DNA of 64,000 nucleotides from Paraspadella gotoi (taxonomy: Eukaryota > Animalia > Chaetognatha): NCBI GenBank assembly GCA_051294375.1, contig CM119263.1, forward strand, positions 23,847,310 through 23,911,309, given 5' to 3'. Positions within the stretch are counted from its first letter, which is position 1. The number at the start of each line of letters is the position of its first letter. The notes under the pieces were generated by a model, which was given only the letters and a program-made list of their open reading frames with translations, did not search any database and had not been told where the DNA came from. Both the position numbers and the translations under genes were made by a program. This document shows positions 62,486 to 64,000 of the stretch, in pieces.

Positions 62486-64000
62486 ATAAAATTTACAAAA
62501 TAAGAATTTAATACTTTGCGTCTAAAAACGTCAAAATAACAAAGATTCATGTACATATAAAATGTTAGGAAATCGCAGCGGCGTGGAGAAAGATGACTTT
62601 AACAACAACGACGACGATGACTATGCAGAAAATCCTGATCGCATAACAAATTCGATAAAATCAAGATTCGCTTTTTTCTCGTTGCCCGTGCGAAAACTTG
62701 TTCGACGATGGGTGTCAATCACCCGAAATATCGCGATCATAAAAGCGCGAGGATTCTAATCTTTGAGGATCGTTTTTTATTTCCCTGTCAAGCTTTCCTT
62801 CCCGCTGAGTTGCGNNNNNNNNNNNNNNNNNNNNNNNNNNNNNNNNNNNNNNNNNNNNNNNNNNNNNNNNNNNNNNNNNNNNNNNNNNNNNNNNNNNNNN
62901 NNNNNNNNNNNNNNNNNNNNNNNNNNNNNNNNNNNNNNNNNNNNNNNNNNNNNNNNNNNNNNNNNNNNNNNNNNNNNNNNNNNNNNNNNNNNNNNNNNNN
63001 NNNNNNNNNNNNNNNNNNNNNNNNNNNNNNNNNNNNNNNNNNNNNNNNNNNNNNNNNNNNNNNNNNNNNNNNNNNNNNNNNNNNNNNNNNNNNNNNNNNN
63101 NNNNNNNNNNNNNNNNNNNNNNNNNNNNNNNCTTTCTTTCTTTTTCTCTCTCTCTCTCTCTCTCCCTCCTCACAAAATCTCGACTTCTAGTGTCTTCGTT
63201 TCCCAAAAGAAAACATTTCCCAGTGAATGCGCTCTCTCAAATCCCAGTTTCTCTTAACCTTTTCCTTCGCTTCGCCTTTTTCTTTGACCCGCGCCAAACA
63301 CTCTAAATCTCGAGAGATAGTTCTAGGACAGACTGACAGACATAGCCTACACAGACAATCAGACTCAAAAATTTCGTAGGAGGGAGTGCGAGAGAGCGAG
63401 AGAGACAGAGAAGTCTATCGGGGCAAACCGCAGGCTATCTTGACCTCGTCGAAGGTATAAATACACCGTATACTTTTTTCCCCTTTTTTCCGGCCAAACT
63501 GCGATGGGTGAGGTCAAGGTCTGAGTCAGAACTGAGAACGAGACATCCGCGATCTTTTCCGAATGTCTGCTCCAAAAAAAAAAGACGGGACTGAATATCA
63601 ATGAAGTTGAGTTGCAGTTGGAAAGCGTCAGATGGCGCCAGAAATGATTTGGTTCAATAACGTTTCCGATGATTTTTTTTTATAATTAAGTTTACATACG
63701 TACATATAAAGATTAAATTCGCGGTTTAATTTATTTATAGGGCAGTATCTTATAATTTAGTTTTTGCTCGCACAAATTTTCAGTAATTGCTCAACATTAG
63801 CCAATTAGCCTAAATGCATTATCCATTGTAAATCGGTGAGTTTTCCAAACTCTCTCTCTCTCTCTTTCTCTCTCTCACTCCCTCTCGCTCTCTTTCTCTT
63901 TTTCTGGTTGAATTCGAGAGACGAAACTCGATTCTCCGTGGGATTTTTTTATGGCGTTGGAAGACGAGTTTTCTTGTCTGATGGCAGACGATAGCAGGCA

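Overview
AT-rich eukaryotic (animal) draft-assembly DNA with many (AG)n/(GTC)n microsatellites, N gaps and long stretches of uncorrected, indel-rich long-read fill. A ctenophore origin is my tentative guess from remembered repeat-derived peptides and is unverified. One clean gene is visible: a two-exon fukutin/LicD-family type II membrane transferase (1625-3708, minus strand). There are noisy fragments of a SWIM zinc-finger gene, a possible glycosyltransferase and an Asp-rich repeat ORF. The first 14 kb is a dense, partly nested set of transposons with readable TIRs and TSDs: 8-bp-TSD hAT-like elements (one with ~550-bp TIRs), a TA-TSD Tc1/mariner-type MITE, an RTE-like 3' end with zinc fingers, a Penelope-type minimal hammerhead remnant, and a ~240-bp structured repeat with a compensatory base-pair change. 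The ~7.9-kb tandem array at 21.2-44.8 kb is very probably an artefact of iterative gap filling. The best candidates for new biology are the structured ~240-bp repeat and a 420-bp, 1.3-mer, hairpin-rich insertion with a 13-bp TSD (retrozyme-like) at 55874-56293.
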